32,000 nt of DNA from Candidatus Saccharimonadota bacterium (GCA_963718585.1 OY970357.1:480001-512000); one strand, 5' to 3'; positions 23,072 to 31,552 are shown, counted from the stretch's first letter. Numbers and translations are program-made. Notes: generated by a model not told the origin, from the sequence alone.

Positions 23072-24799
23072 ATGCGCTTCGTAACAGTGATCCCAGCGAT
23101 CCGCACCATTCCAGGCGTGGAAGTGTTTGATTACCGGATCAATGAAGAAGTCGAGATCCTTCCAGGAGACATCATCCGCGTTCCGTTTCGAAAGAGGGTC
23201 GTCTCCGCGGTCGTCAGCGCCGTCACGGACCAAAGTCCGTATGCAGACAAGGCGATCCATCTCCCGGACCCTGAACCCCTTCTCCGATTTGGTCCATCAT
23301 TACCCGACCTCATTCAACAGACCGCGGAGCGATGCTTCACGTCCCGTCCGACGGTCGCGGCTGCTTGGATCCGAAACGTGCCCAAGCGGGCAAAAAAAGC
23401 TATTCCCGTCGTCTCAGAGACCCAAGGAACGATCCCGACCAAAGAGACGCGACTCCTCGCTGATCGTCTCCATGCGTCGAACGGACTCATTGAAACGGTG
23501 CGTCATGCCAAAGGGAGGACGCTGATCCTTGTTCCGTGGAAGGAACGCGCCGAAGCGATCGCGGCGGAACTTGGTTGTCCATTTCTCCACGCGGACCTTT
23601 CCAATACAGAGGCCTGGACGCGGATCTCAGAGCTGACGAACGGTCGTTCGATCTGCCTCGTTACGACACGGATCGGCGCCTGGCTCGGCAGTGTCGCGGA
23701 TACGATCCTGTTAGACGAACCGGAAAATGACGATCACAAACAGGACGAACTCACACCACGCTATGACGCACGCTGGGTCGCTGCGACCTGCGCGGTCCTC
23801 CGACCGCAGATGTCTCTTATCGCCTTTTCCACGACCCCACGGCTCCACACGTGGCCCGTCGAGCAGTCGGCACCGACGATCGAGCCACATCTCACGCTGG
23901 AACCGGATGCGCCAGGCCGGCGATCGGAGATCCCCTCTCTCACCGCACAAACGGTCGAACGGATCAGTGAGGCGATCACCGCCGATCACCGCGTGCACAT
24001 CATCCACGCCATTGCCGGCCTCCAAGCGAGATACGTTTGCCGGGACTGTGGCTGGATCGCCCCATGCCCGTCGTGTGGATTTCCCCTCAGCAGAACATCG
24101 ACCGGAGCGATCTGCAAAGCCTGTGGCAGACACGCAGACCCTCCGACGGTCTGCCCGACGTGTGGAGGTTCTGATTTCTCCGCATCTCGTCCGGGACGCG
24201 AGCGCCTGTCAGATGCATGCGCAGCGCGTTGGGGCGACCGTGTGCACGTCATCCCACCCATCGCCGTCGGCGCCACACACGTTGAACCTCAAGACCTTCT
24301 CGTGATCACCGACCTCTCACTGATCGGTGGCGCGACCGAGGACATCCGGCGCAAAGAACGCCTGATCATCGCCTGGCGGAGGATCGCCGCCATCACCGCG
24401 AATACGAAGGCGTCTTTGATCGTCCAAGGTCCCGACGCGACGGTCTCTGCCTGCAGGCCGTGGCTGTCTTCAGCGGGATTCAAGACCGAATGGGATCGTG
24501 AATCCGCAGAACGAAGCGCTTTCGGCTACCCACCTGCGGTTCGCTTGATCAAATGCCTGGTCAACGGGTCATTCGATGATGGAGACCGGCTCATTGCCGA
24601 CCTTCGTGAACAGATCCCGAACACCTGGGAGATCCGTGGCCCGTATCCGGTCGCCTTTCGTGCGGCCACGCGCGCCGCCCGCGTTGCCATCCACGTCGTC
24701 GTACCGCGTGAGACGGCCGTAACGGCCATAACCGCCGCATTGAACCCTTTTCGGGGTCGTGCCATCATAGACCTTGACCCGGTGGCTTATTTCAGCTAA
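23072..24799 (+). CDS. priA: Primosomal protein N' (PriA)-like, 575 aa, with degenerate helicase motifs
   Basis: The PriA-type N-terminus (FVTVIPAIRTIPGVEVFDYRI...ILPGDIIRVPFRKRVVSAVV) is present. So is the 4xCxxC zinc region CRDCGWIAPCPSCG...CKACG...CPTCGG. No GxGK[ST] Walker A is present, and DEPE replaces DEEH. Confidence 0.75.
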   Translation: MRFVTVIPAIRTIPGVEVFDYRINEEVEILPGDIIRVPFRKRVVSAVVSAVTDQSPYADKAIHLPDPEPLLRFGPSLPDLIQQTAERCFTSRPTVAAAWIRNVPKRAKKAIPVVSETQGTIPTKETRLLADRLHASNGLIETVRHAKGRTLILVPWKERAEAIAAELGCPFLHADLSNTEAWTRISELTNGRSICLVTTRIGAWLGSVADTILLDEPENDDHKQDELTPRYDARWVAATCAVLRPQMSLIAFSTTPRLHTWPVEQSAPTIEPHLTLEPDAPGRRSEIPSLTAQTVERISEAITADHRVHIIHAIAGLQARYVCRDCGWIAPCPSCGFPLSRTSTGAICKACGRHADPPTVCPTCGGSDFSASRPGRERLSDACAARWGDRVHVIPPIAVGATHVEPQDLLVITDLSLIGGATEDIRRKERLIIAWRRIAAITANTKASLIVQGPDATVSACRPWLSSAGFKTEWDRESAERSAFGYPPAVRLIKCLVNGSFDDGDRLIADLREQIPNTWEIRGPYPVAFRAATRAARVAIHVVVPRETAVTAITAALNPFRGRAIIDLDPVAYFS

Positions 24800-24822
24800 A
24801 TTCCGATATTCTCTAAAAAATC

Positions 24823-25308
24823 ATGGCTAAATCCCTTCCCCTCGTCACGGTCCCCACCCCGACCCTCCGCGAACGCTCCACGGAGGTGGATCTGCATGCC
24901 ATCAGCACTCCGGAATTCCAGACGTTCCTGGACGACCTGATAGAGACCATGTTCGTCGAAGACGGCGTTGGGATCGCCGCGCCGCAAGTCGGACGAAATG
25001 AACGGATCTGTATCGTCCATGAACACGGTGGTGCCAAGGTCTACATCAATCCGGAGATCGCGAAGATGTCGGAGACGACGCAGGAGAGTGAAGAGGGGTG
25101 CCTGAGCGTCCCTGGCGTCTGGGGTATGGTCACACGCGCGAAGAAAGTGACGTTCCGAGCGCTCGACCGACACGGCCGTCAGGTGGAATTTGATGCAAAG
25201 GGGTTCATGGCGACCGTGTACCAACACGAGGTCGATCACCTGGACGGGATCCTCTTCGTGGACAAGGCAACGAAGATCGTCAAAGGAGGAGGAAAGAAAA
25301 AAGTGTGA
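24823..25308 (+). CDS. def: Peptide deformylase (161 aa)
   Basis: The three canonical motifs are present: GIAAPQVG, EGCLSVPG and HEVDHLDG. Confidence 0.95.
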   Translation: MAKSLPLVTVPTPTLRERSTEVDLHAISTPEFQTFLDDLIETMFVEDGVGIAAPQVGRNERICIVHEHGGAKVYINPEIAKMSETTQESEEGCLSVPGVWGMVTRAKKVTFRALDRHGRQVEFDAKGFMATVYQHEVDHLDGILFVDKATKIVKGGGKKKV

Positions 25309-25354
25309 TGGAGCATCAGACCTTTTATCGTTCTTTCCCGCTTCTCCTCCCCGT

Positions 25355-25379
25355 CATTCCCGCGTAGGCGGGAATCCGG
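25355..25379. repeat. Left terminal inverted repeat / hairpin (attcccgc-gtag-gcgggaat)
   Basis: Perfect 8-bp stem 25356-25363 / 25368-25375. It is the inverted counterpart of 25665-25689. Confidence 0.7.
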
Positions 25380-25384
25380 CTCCC

Positions 25385-25660
25385 ATGTACTACGTATACA
25401 TTCTTTGTAACAATGCTGGTGTACGCTATATCGGGGTCACCAACGATCTCAAGCGCAGGGTGTATGAACGTATACAACGGTCCCTTGAAGGCTTTACAAA
25501 GAAATACGACATCGATCGATTGATCTCGTTTGAAGAGACGACGGATGTCACGGAAGATATCCCAAGAGAAAAAACACTAAAAAGATGGAACAGGTCATGG
25601 AAAACGAAGCTCATCAATGATACGGATCCCAAATGGATCGATCTCTATGATCAACTCTGA
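25385..25660 (+). CDS. Small GIY-YIG nuclease-superfamily protein (YhbQ/UPF0213-like), 91 aa
   Basis: MYYVYILCNNAGVRYIGVTNDLKRRVYER...REKTLKRWNRSWKTKLINDTDPKWIDLY follows the GIY...YIG...R...E...K.W.R..K..LI...NP.W.DL pattern. I start at internal ATG 25385. Confidence 0.85.
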   Translation: MYYVYILCNNAGVRYIGVTNDLKRRVYERIQRSLEGFTKKYDIDRLISFEETTDVTEDIPREKTLKRWNRSWKTKLINDTDPKWIDLYDQL

Positions 25661-26606
25661 CAAACCGGATTCCCGTTTTCACGGGAATGATACACGGCGA
25701 CGCGCCATCTTCTTCGGCACGTCGGATTTCGCCGTGCCAAGTTTGAGATCGCTTTCCGATGATCCCCGCTTCGATGTCGTTGCGGTCGTGACCCAACCGG
25801 ATCGACCGGTCGGTCGACATGCAACGATCACACCCCCGCCCGTGAAGATCGCTGCGACTGAACGGAACGGTGAGATCTTTCAACCGGAAAAACTGATGGA
25901 ACTGAAAGATCGACTCCCCGCAGCCGATGTCTTTGTCGTCGTGTCTTACGGAAAGATCCTCCCGCAGTGGCTTATCGAGCTCTCATCGCACGGGATCGTG
26001 AATGTGCACGGATCGCTTCTTCCTCGATGGCGTGGCGCTTCGCCGATCCAGGCCGCGATCGCGGCCGGTGATGAAATGACCGGTGTCACGATCATGCAGA
26101 TCGACGCGGAACTTGATCACGGACCCATCCTTGCGACCGCTGAAGAGCCTATCCGTCCTGATGATACGGGAGGATCCTTGCACGACCGTCTCGCCGAGCT
26201 TGGGGCGAAGATCCTGCCGGATACACTCGCCGGTTTTCTCGACGGAACGATCACCCCGCAAGACCAAGAGCACGATCTCGCCACCTTTTGTCGAACGTTG
26301 AAACGGGAAGGTGGGAAATTGGATACATCAAGATCCGCAGTAGAATCAGAACGCAAGATCCGCGCCTACTCGCCCTGGCCGGGGACCTATATTGAAACAG
26401 AAGGAAAACGCCTCAAGATCCTCACAGCGCGAGTCGCGAAAGACGACGCGTCGAAGTCCCCTGGCACGCTTTTCATCCGAAACGCCCTCCCCTGCCTCGC
26501 CTGCGCCGACGGAACTGTCCTTGAACTGACCATGGTCCAGCCCGAAGGGAAAAAGCAGATGAGCGGAATGGATTTTACGCGAGGGTCTTCGAATGTGACT
26601 CCTTGA
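25647..26606 (+). CDS. fmt: Methionyl-tRNA formyltransferase (319 aa from ATG 25647; ATG 25617 also in frame)
   Basis: AIFFGTSDFAVPSL...VVTQPDRPVGR...NVHGSLLPRWRGASPIQAAI...MQIDAELDHGPIL. The only canonical in-frame starts upstream of the conserved IFFGT lie inside the GIY-YIG ORF. Confidence 0.9.
   Translation: MINSDKPDSRFHGNDTRRRAIFFGTSDFAVPSLRSLSDDPRFDVVAVVTQPDRPVGRHATITPPPVKIAATERNGEIFQPEKLMELKDRLPAADVFVVVSYGKILPQWLIELSSHGIVNVHGSLLPRWRGASPIQAAIAAGDEMTGVTIMQIDAELDHGPILATAEEPIRPDDTGGSLHDRLAELGAKILPDTLAGFLDGTITPQDQEHDLATFCRTLKREGGKLDTSRSAVESERKIRAYSPWPGTYIETEGKRLKILTARVAKDDASKSPGTLFIRNALPCLACADGTVLELTMVQPEGKKQMSGMDFTRGSSNVTP
25665..25689. repeat. Right terminal inverted repeat / hairpin (attcccgt-tttc-acgggaat)
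   Basis: Perfect 8-bp stem 25669-25676 / 25681-25688. It is the inverted counterpart of 25355-25379 and lies inside the fmt reading frame. Confidence 0.7.
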
Positions 26607-28782
26607 TCGGCGCAGAAAGGATCAATCCTTCTCCGACGAAGAAGAAGAGGAATCCAAGCGGATGATTCAGATACGGCGTGAAGACATGGACCACGCCGAG
26701 CGTGATCAGTCCGAACACGGCTCCGAGACGCACCCAGAGCGGATCCGCCGTCTTCCAAAGGCGTATCGCGAGTGAGACGAGCAACCAAAGGATGACCGGG
26801 ATCCCGAGGATCCCGAATTTGATCCAGTGTTCCAACCATCCCCATTCAAACGCATAGGTCGTGTACATGCCATCCGGATGTTCTGCGAGGATACGGGGGT
26901 CATCGGTCTTGTACGTCACTGTTGCACCAAAGCCGGAACCAAGGATCGGATGCTCCGCGATCTTCGCATCAAGGACCGGCAACAAATTCCAGCGGCTGAC
27001 CGCTGCCGCTTCCCCAAGATCCGCCCGTTCCCCAAAGATCTGGGCAAGATTCGCGTACGGCACCGGTGGAAGCGGAAAGGAGATCACTAACCCGATCGCC
27101 GCAAGACCGGCTACACCGGCCAAGATCGGTCCCACAAGTCGTTTCCAGACCATCTTTCGCGTGATCACGAGATAGGCACAGATCCCAAGGAATCCGACCG
27201 CTGAACCGATCCAAAAACTCCGAGAGAGGCTTATGAGAATGACGGCAGAAGATGCGGTCATGGTCCACCATGCGATCCATTTCCCAGCTCCCCACTCCCG
27301 ACTCCCTCCTCCTTTCTCATTCGTCATCCACCAGGCAACGGCCGTCAAACACGCCACGATCGCATAGATATATGACTGCATGAAGATCCGGAACGCATTG
27401 ACAAGCATGAGCGTGACCTCCCCGACGCCCGTTCGCCGGACCCACAGATACGTCCCGGTCGCGATCGCCTTAAAACCATGCGAAAAGACGTATTCGAGAC
27501 CAAGGGTCTTCACGGCCAGCCACAGCACGCCGATCACAAAGACCGGCGCAAGGTCTTTTCGGATCCGATCGCGATATCGATACGCGATATCCAGGACTGG
27601 GAGGAGCAACGCCCAATCAGCCCACGCATTTCCATCAGACATCACTGAGCCGTTGCCCATGAGGATCCCGCGCAACGTCGCCCAACCGATCAGGATGAAA
27701 AGCAACAGATATCCCTTTCGGGTCCGAAACGCGAATATCAGGTCAGAAAGCTTTCCGTAACGGATGAAATTCACGAGCCATCCCAAGCCAAAAGCGCCGG
27801 TGAGGATGATCCGAAGTGAGATCGTATCCGGCCAGACCCCTGCCTGAAGGAGATACCCTTTGGAACCGATGAGGAGCTCCAAAAGAAGGATCCCAAGTCC
27901 GATCGTGGGTTTTTTCCACCCCAGCCTAAAGATGATGACCCCGAGCACGATACATGCGACCGTATTCGGCGTCGGATGAAAGATGGTCAATGCAGAAACG
28001 ATCTCTAAAAAGAGCGTGAGCGCGGCCCATCGGATCCAGATGGTCAGATCGACCCCCCGTTTCACCCGGAGCAGATGTTTTTCGCGGATCCGAGATTCTG
28101 CATCGCGATAACGGGCTACTTCTGACGGTGTCCAGCCGATCACCTGCCATGGGATCCGATGCATGAAGCGTGGCAACCACCGACTCATCCCTTCTCGTCG
28201 TGGCTCGATCCGATACAACACCTGATCGACCCACACGCCCGGATGTCCCTGTTCCGCCATGGTCAACCAAAGATCCCAGTCCTGAAACTTGGTCAGCGCC
28301 TCATCGAATCCCGGAAGATCCTCCCGACGGATGAGCGAGGAGGTATGGATGTAATTCCGCTCCTTCAACACATCCGGATCAAAGGTCCGTGAACGAAACA
28401 GTCGATTTCCCCATGTAAAATCTGCGTACGCGTACGACGCCTCTGGATGATCTTCCAGCGCTTTTGCGAAGGTCTCGAGCGCATTCGGGATCAATTCAGC
28501 GTCCGCATCCAAAAAAATGATGAGCGGAGCCGTGGTCGTCCTCGCCCCCTCGTTCCGCGCCGCCGGTGCACCGCGATTCTTTTCAAAACGAATATAGGCG
28601 ATCGGTAGCTGATCCATGAACCGATCCACGACGTTTTTCGCGTCATCGTGCGATCCGTCATCCACGACCACGACTTCGATCGGTGTAATCGTCTGTTTCA
28701 CCAAAGCTTCAAGCGTTTTGGCCAATTCTGCCGCGTGGTCATAGCATGGGATCACGACGGCGATCTGTGGGTCCATATTCAT
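26575..28782 (-). CDS. Fusion: N-terminal GT2 glycosyltransferase + C-terminal multi-TM O-antigen ligase/polymerase-like (Wzy_C-type) domain, 735 aa
   Basis: GT2 part: IAVVIPCYDH...VVVVDDGSHDD...NRGAPAARNEG...IFLDADAEL. It is followed by 10 or more TM helices, including ILISLSRSFWIGSAVGF, and a loop HPILGSGFG...YAFEWGWLEHWIKFGILG resembling the O-antigen-ligase family core. I start at ATG 28780-28782, which forms an ATGA overlap with the GT4 stop. Confidence 0.75.
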   Translation of the reverse strand: MNMDPQIAVVIPCYDHAAELAKTLEALVKQTITPIEVVVVDDGSHDDAKNVVDRFMDQLPIAYIRFEKNRGAPAARNEGARTTTAPLIIFLDADAELIPNALETFAKALEDHPEASYAYADFTWGNRLFRSRTFDPDVLKERNYIHTSSLIRREDLPGFDEALTKFQDWDLWLTMAEQGHPGVWVDQVLYRIEPRREGMSRWLPRFMHRIPWQVIGWTPSEVARYRDAESRIREKHLLRVKRGVDLTIWIRWAALTLFLEIVSALTIFHPTPNTVACIVLGVIIFRLGWKKPTIGLGILLLELLIGSKGYLLQAGVWPDTISLRIILTGAFGLGWLVNFIRYGKLSDLIFAFRTRKGYLLLFILIGWATLRGILMGNGSVMSDGNAWADWALLLPVLDIAYRYRDRIRKDLAPVFVIGVLWLAVKTLGLEYVFSHGFKAIATGTYLWVRRTGVGEVTLMLVNAFRIFMQSYIYAIVACLTAVAWWMTNEKGGGSREWGAGKWIAWWTMTASSAVILISLSRSFWIGSAVGFLGICAYLVITRKMVWKRLVGPILAGVAGLAAIGLVISFPLPPVPYANLAQIFGERADLGEAAAVSRWNLLPVLDAKIAEHPILGSGFGATVTYKTDDPRILAEHPDGMYTTYAFEWGWLEHWIKFGILGIPVILWLLVSLAIRLWKTADPLWVRLGAVFGLITLGVVHVFTPYLNHPLGFLFFFVGEGLILSAPIKESHSKTLA

Positions 28783-29870
28783 ACGTCGCAATGCAAGAGA
28801 TGTGCCAAGGTCGACCAACGATCCTTCCATTGAAAATCCTGCAAAACGCGATCACGCGCCGTTGAACCTAGTCGCGCTCGTTCTTCTGGATGATCGAGAA
28901 GATCGCGGATCGCACCTTCGATCGCATCTGGATCATGCGGATCAACGACCAAGCCGGTCCGTTCATGCCGTACCGCCTCAGGGACGCCGCCGCTCCTGCC
29001 TGCGACGGATGGTACGCCCGCAAGCGCCGCTTCCAGATACACGATCCCGAATCCCTCGACATCCGTCCCTTCATCGCGCGCGGTCAGGACGAAGACATCA
29101 GCGGCCGCGAGCCAACGCCATTTCTCCTCCTCGTCCGCATCCAGCACCCAACGAACGCGCGTCCGCGTCTCGCCCGCGATCTCTTCGAGCCGCCTCAGAT
29201 CGCCCCCTCTTCCGATCACCACATACGACGGCTCACGCGTTCCAGCGGTCCGCGCGGCATGCTGAAGACGCCCCATGGCCCGCAGGGTCTCATCGATCCC
29301 CTTTCTGGGAACGAGACGCGCGACGGTCAACACAAGCTTCTCATCCGGAGCGATATCGAGTGCTCGACGGGCCTCATCCCTCGTCGGAGGAGCGATGTGA
29401 TCCACTCCCGGCGTCAAAATAGTCGGCTGCGCAGACGGAACGCGCATCTGGAGATCCGCTTTCGTGGATTCGCTGTTCACGATGAGCGCGACGGCACTCG
29501 CACAGATCCGCCGCAACAACCATCGTTTCCATGGGTTGCTCGCCAATCGCAGATCCAATCCGTGAAACATCACCGCGTACGCCGGCCCGGCAAAAAGGAC
29601 GCGTGAGATCCAGGCCGCTGTTCCGACAGGGAATACATGCGAAACGATCATGACCGCGTCATGTTCCTGTTCACGTGACCGTACTTGCGCCTCCTTCATG
29701 GTCCGGACCATGGGCCACCATCGCGGCCACGTATCACGCATCCACTTGCCGCCATCCATGACGCGGATCTGACCGCCGCTCGCCTGGACCAATCCGTGCA
29801 GATATGACGCCACACCTCCGTGGTCAGGCGGATATTCGAGGGTCACGAGGACAAGATCAATCTTCGGCAT
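28779..29870 (-). CDS. GT4 (GT-B fold) glycosyltransferase, 363 aa
   Basis: MPKIDLVLVTLEYPPDHGGVASY...LVPRKGID...DVEGFGIVYLEAALAGVPSVAGRSGGVPEAV (E-x7-E). I start at internal ATG 29870, which overlaps the flippase stop by 14 nt. Confidence 0.85.
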   Translation of the reverse strand: MPKIDLVLVTLEYPPDHGGVASYLHGLVQASGGQIRVMDGGKWMRDTWPRWWPMVRTMKEAQVRSREQEHDAVMIVSHVFPVGTAAWISRVLFAGPAYAVMFHGLDLRLASNPWKRWLLRRICASAVALIVNSESTKADLQMRVPSAQPTILTPGVDHIAPPTRDEARRALDIAPDEKLVLTVARLVPRKGIDETLRAMGRLQHAARTAGTREPSYVVIGRGGDLRRLEEIAGETRTRVRWVLDADEEEKWRWLAAADVFVLTARDEGTDVEGFGIVYLEAALAGVPSVAGRSGGVPEAVRHERTGLVVDPHDPDAIEGAIRDLLDHPEERARLGSTARDRVLQDFQWKDRWSTLAHLLHCDV

Positions 29871-31323
29871 GGATGTCAGTTTCTGCAGTCGATGGACGCC
29901 GTCGGAACGCGAGGACGAATCGCACGTCATCAAGGGTCAATAATCGGAGGAGGAATGCGACCAGGATCGCGATCGCCGCGCCGAATATCCCGGCAGCGAG
30001 GAATGGGATGTGCATTCCGATCGTACGCCAGGCAAACCAGGAGATCCCCGCCGCGATCAATGATCGGCCAATGATACTCGCATACGCCCCCACCCCTCCC
30101 GCATCTTTGTAGGAAAATCCGACCCCGAAGAAGAAGAGCGCCCAAAAACTGAAGACCCCGGCCCATGCGGCACCGACTGGCCCCATGGACGGGACGAGGA
30201 CCGCGTTCAGCACCACATTGATCAACACGGTCCCGACCATGGCTGTGGTCTTCAAATGCGCACGATGCGTGGCATTGAGCAGGGAACCGACCGGGAAATC
30301 CATGAAGATCGGTAAGAGGACCCACGGCAGGATCTCAAATGGGGCCACAGCACCCAAAAACGCGTTGCCATAGACCAGTGGAATGATCCGAGGCGCAAGA
30401 GCGGAAAGACCAGCCGACAAGGGAAAACCGACAGCGGCCATGAGTCTCAGGGAACCAGTGAATGTCTGCTTGAGTTGCGTATGTTCCTTTCGAGACCACG
30501 CTGCAGCAAGTGCGGGATAGAGCGCTGCCGTGAACGTCAGCGGAAGGAATTGAAGCGCATACGTCATCTTGTACGCCACGGCATACAGACCGACCGCGGC
30601 CGCGCCGTGGTATGCGTGGATGAGCAGACTATCCACGTACGAATACAGTTTGACCGCGATCCCGGCGATGGCGAACGGGACGGCCTCGCGCGCAAGCATG
30701 CGGAGATCCGTCCGTGATGGGGAGATGAATCGGATCCCCATGGCACGGGTCTGACTCCACGACCACCCTACGTTCCACAGACTCCCCATGAGCAACCCTG
30801 CGGCGAGACCCGGCGCCCCAAGGCCAAAGACCGCCGCAGAGATCGAACCAAGTGCGGTCAGGAGCTGACCAACGAGCATGCCGATGGATTCCGGTTTGAG
30901 ATCCTGTCGCCCGCGCAACGTCCCGTACAGCGTCAGGTGCACCGTATCCGCGGTCATCACAAGACAAGCGATCGCGATCGTTGCCATCGTGACGGCATCG
31001 GCGTGCGTGGCCACCCCATATCCGAGCGCGCAGAGGATCGCGACCGGGGCGAGGAAGCTTTTTGCTCGAAACGCGGCAGCCGTCAGTTTCGATGCATCAT
31101 CCCGGCCTGCGGCGATCGCCCGGATCACGACCGGCGTCATCCCCAGATCCGCCAGGATCACAAACACCGATGTGACGGAAACGCCGTAAAAATACGTCCC
31201 TGTGATCTGCGCCCCCGTGAGCCGGGCAACGAGCGCAAATGTGACAAAAGCGACGACCTTATTCAGGGCCGTCGCGGCGATGAGCCATGCCGCATTCTTC
31301 GCAACGGTCCGCCCGTACGACAT
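29857..31323 (-). CDS. MOP/PST-family polysaccharide flippase (Wzx-like), 488 aa
   Basis: ~14 TM helices. N-terminus VAKNAAWLIAATALNKVVAFVTFALVARLTGAQITGTYF is typical of the polysaccharide-biosynthesis (PST) family. It is first in line with GT4 and the GT2::ligase fusion. Confidence 0.8.
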   Translation of the reverse strand: MSYGRTVAKNAAWLIAATALNKVVAFVTFALVARLTGAQITGTYFYGVSVTSVFVILADLGMTPVVIRAIAAGRDDASKLTAAAFRAKSFLAPVAILCALGYGVATHADAVTMATIAIACLVMTADTVHLTLYGTLRGRQDLKPESIGMLVGQLLTALGSISAAVFGLGAPGLAAGLLMGSLWNVGWSWSQTRAMGIRFISPSRTDLRMLAREAVPFAIAGIAVKLYSYVDSLLIHAYHGAAAVGLYAVAYKMTYALQFLPLTFTAALYPALAAAWSRKEHTQLKQTFTGSLRLMAAVGFPLSAGLSALAPRIIPLVYGNAFLGAVAPFEILPWVLLPIFMDFPVGSLLNATHRAHLKTTAMVGTVLINVVLNAVLVPSMGPVGAAWAGVFSFWALFFFGVGFSYKDAGGVGAYASIIGRSLIAAGISWFAWRTIGMHIPFLAAGIFGAAIAILVAFLLRLLTLDDVRFVLAFRRRPSTAETDIHAED

Positions 31324-31369
31324 ATCGAAATATTAGCTTTTCTAACGCAAAAATACCACCCAAAGAGGT

Positions 31370-31552
31370 CTAGAACCCCCAGGTACGGATCATGAAGGCG
31401 ATCAGGGCGATGGGGATCACGATGAGGACCGTATATCCCGCGAGCGCTTTGAACCCATCCGGCTCAAGGATGCCGATGAGCCGACTGAACAGGAAAAAGA
31501 AGATCAACGCGACACCGATCCCTGCAATGATAAAGAGGATCATGGAAATCAT
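31370..31552 (-). CDS. Possible small 2-TM membrane protein (60 aa from ATG 31552; ORF opens at TTG 31582)
   Basis: MISMILFIIAGIGVALIFFFLFSRLIG...GYTVLIVIPIALIAFMI. Support is only ORF plus hydrophobicity; I recognise no family motif. Confidence 0.35.
   Translation of the reverse strand: MISMILFIIAGIGVALIFFFLFSRLIGILEPDGFKALAGYTVLIVIPIALIAFMIRTWGF

Larger units (their letters stand above)
25355..25689 (+). mobile_element. 335-bp GIY-YIG mini-element bounded by 25-bp imperfect terminal inverted repeats, inserted between def and fmt
   Basis: Left end is cattcccgcgtaggcgggaatccgg. The reverse complement of the right end is cattcccgtgaaaacgggaatccgg, giving 21/25 identity. Each end is itself an 8-bp hairpin. 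The interior is visibly AT-richer than the flanks. I see no target-site duplication. Confidence 0.55.

Noticed and set aside
28802-29606. Plus-strand ORFs of 206 and 238 aa
   Set aside because: They are antisense to the GT4 gene and are Arg/Pro-rich shadow ORFs.
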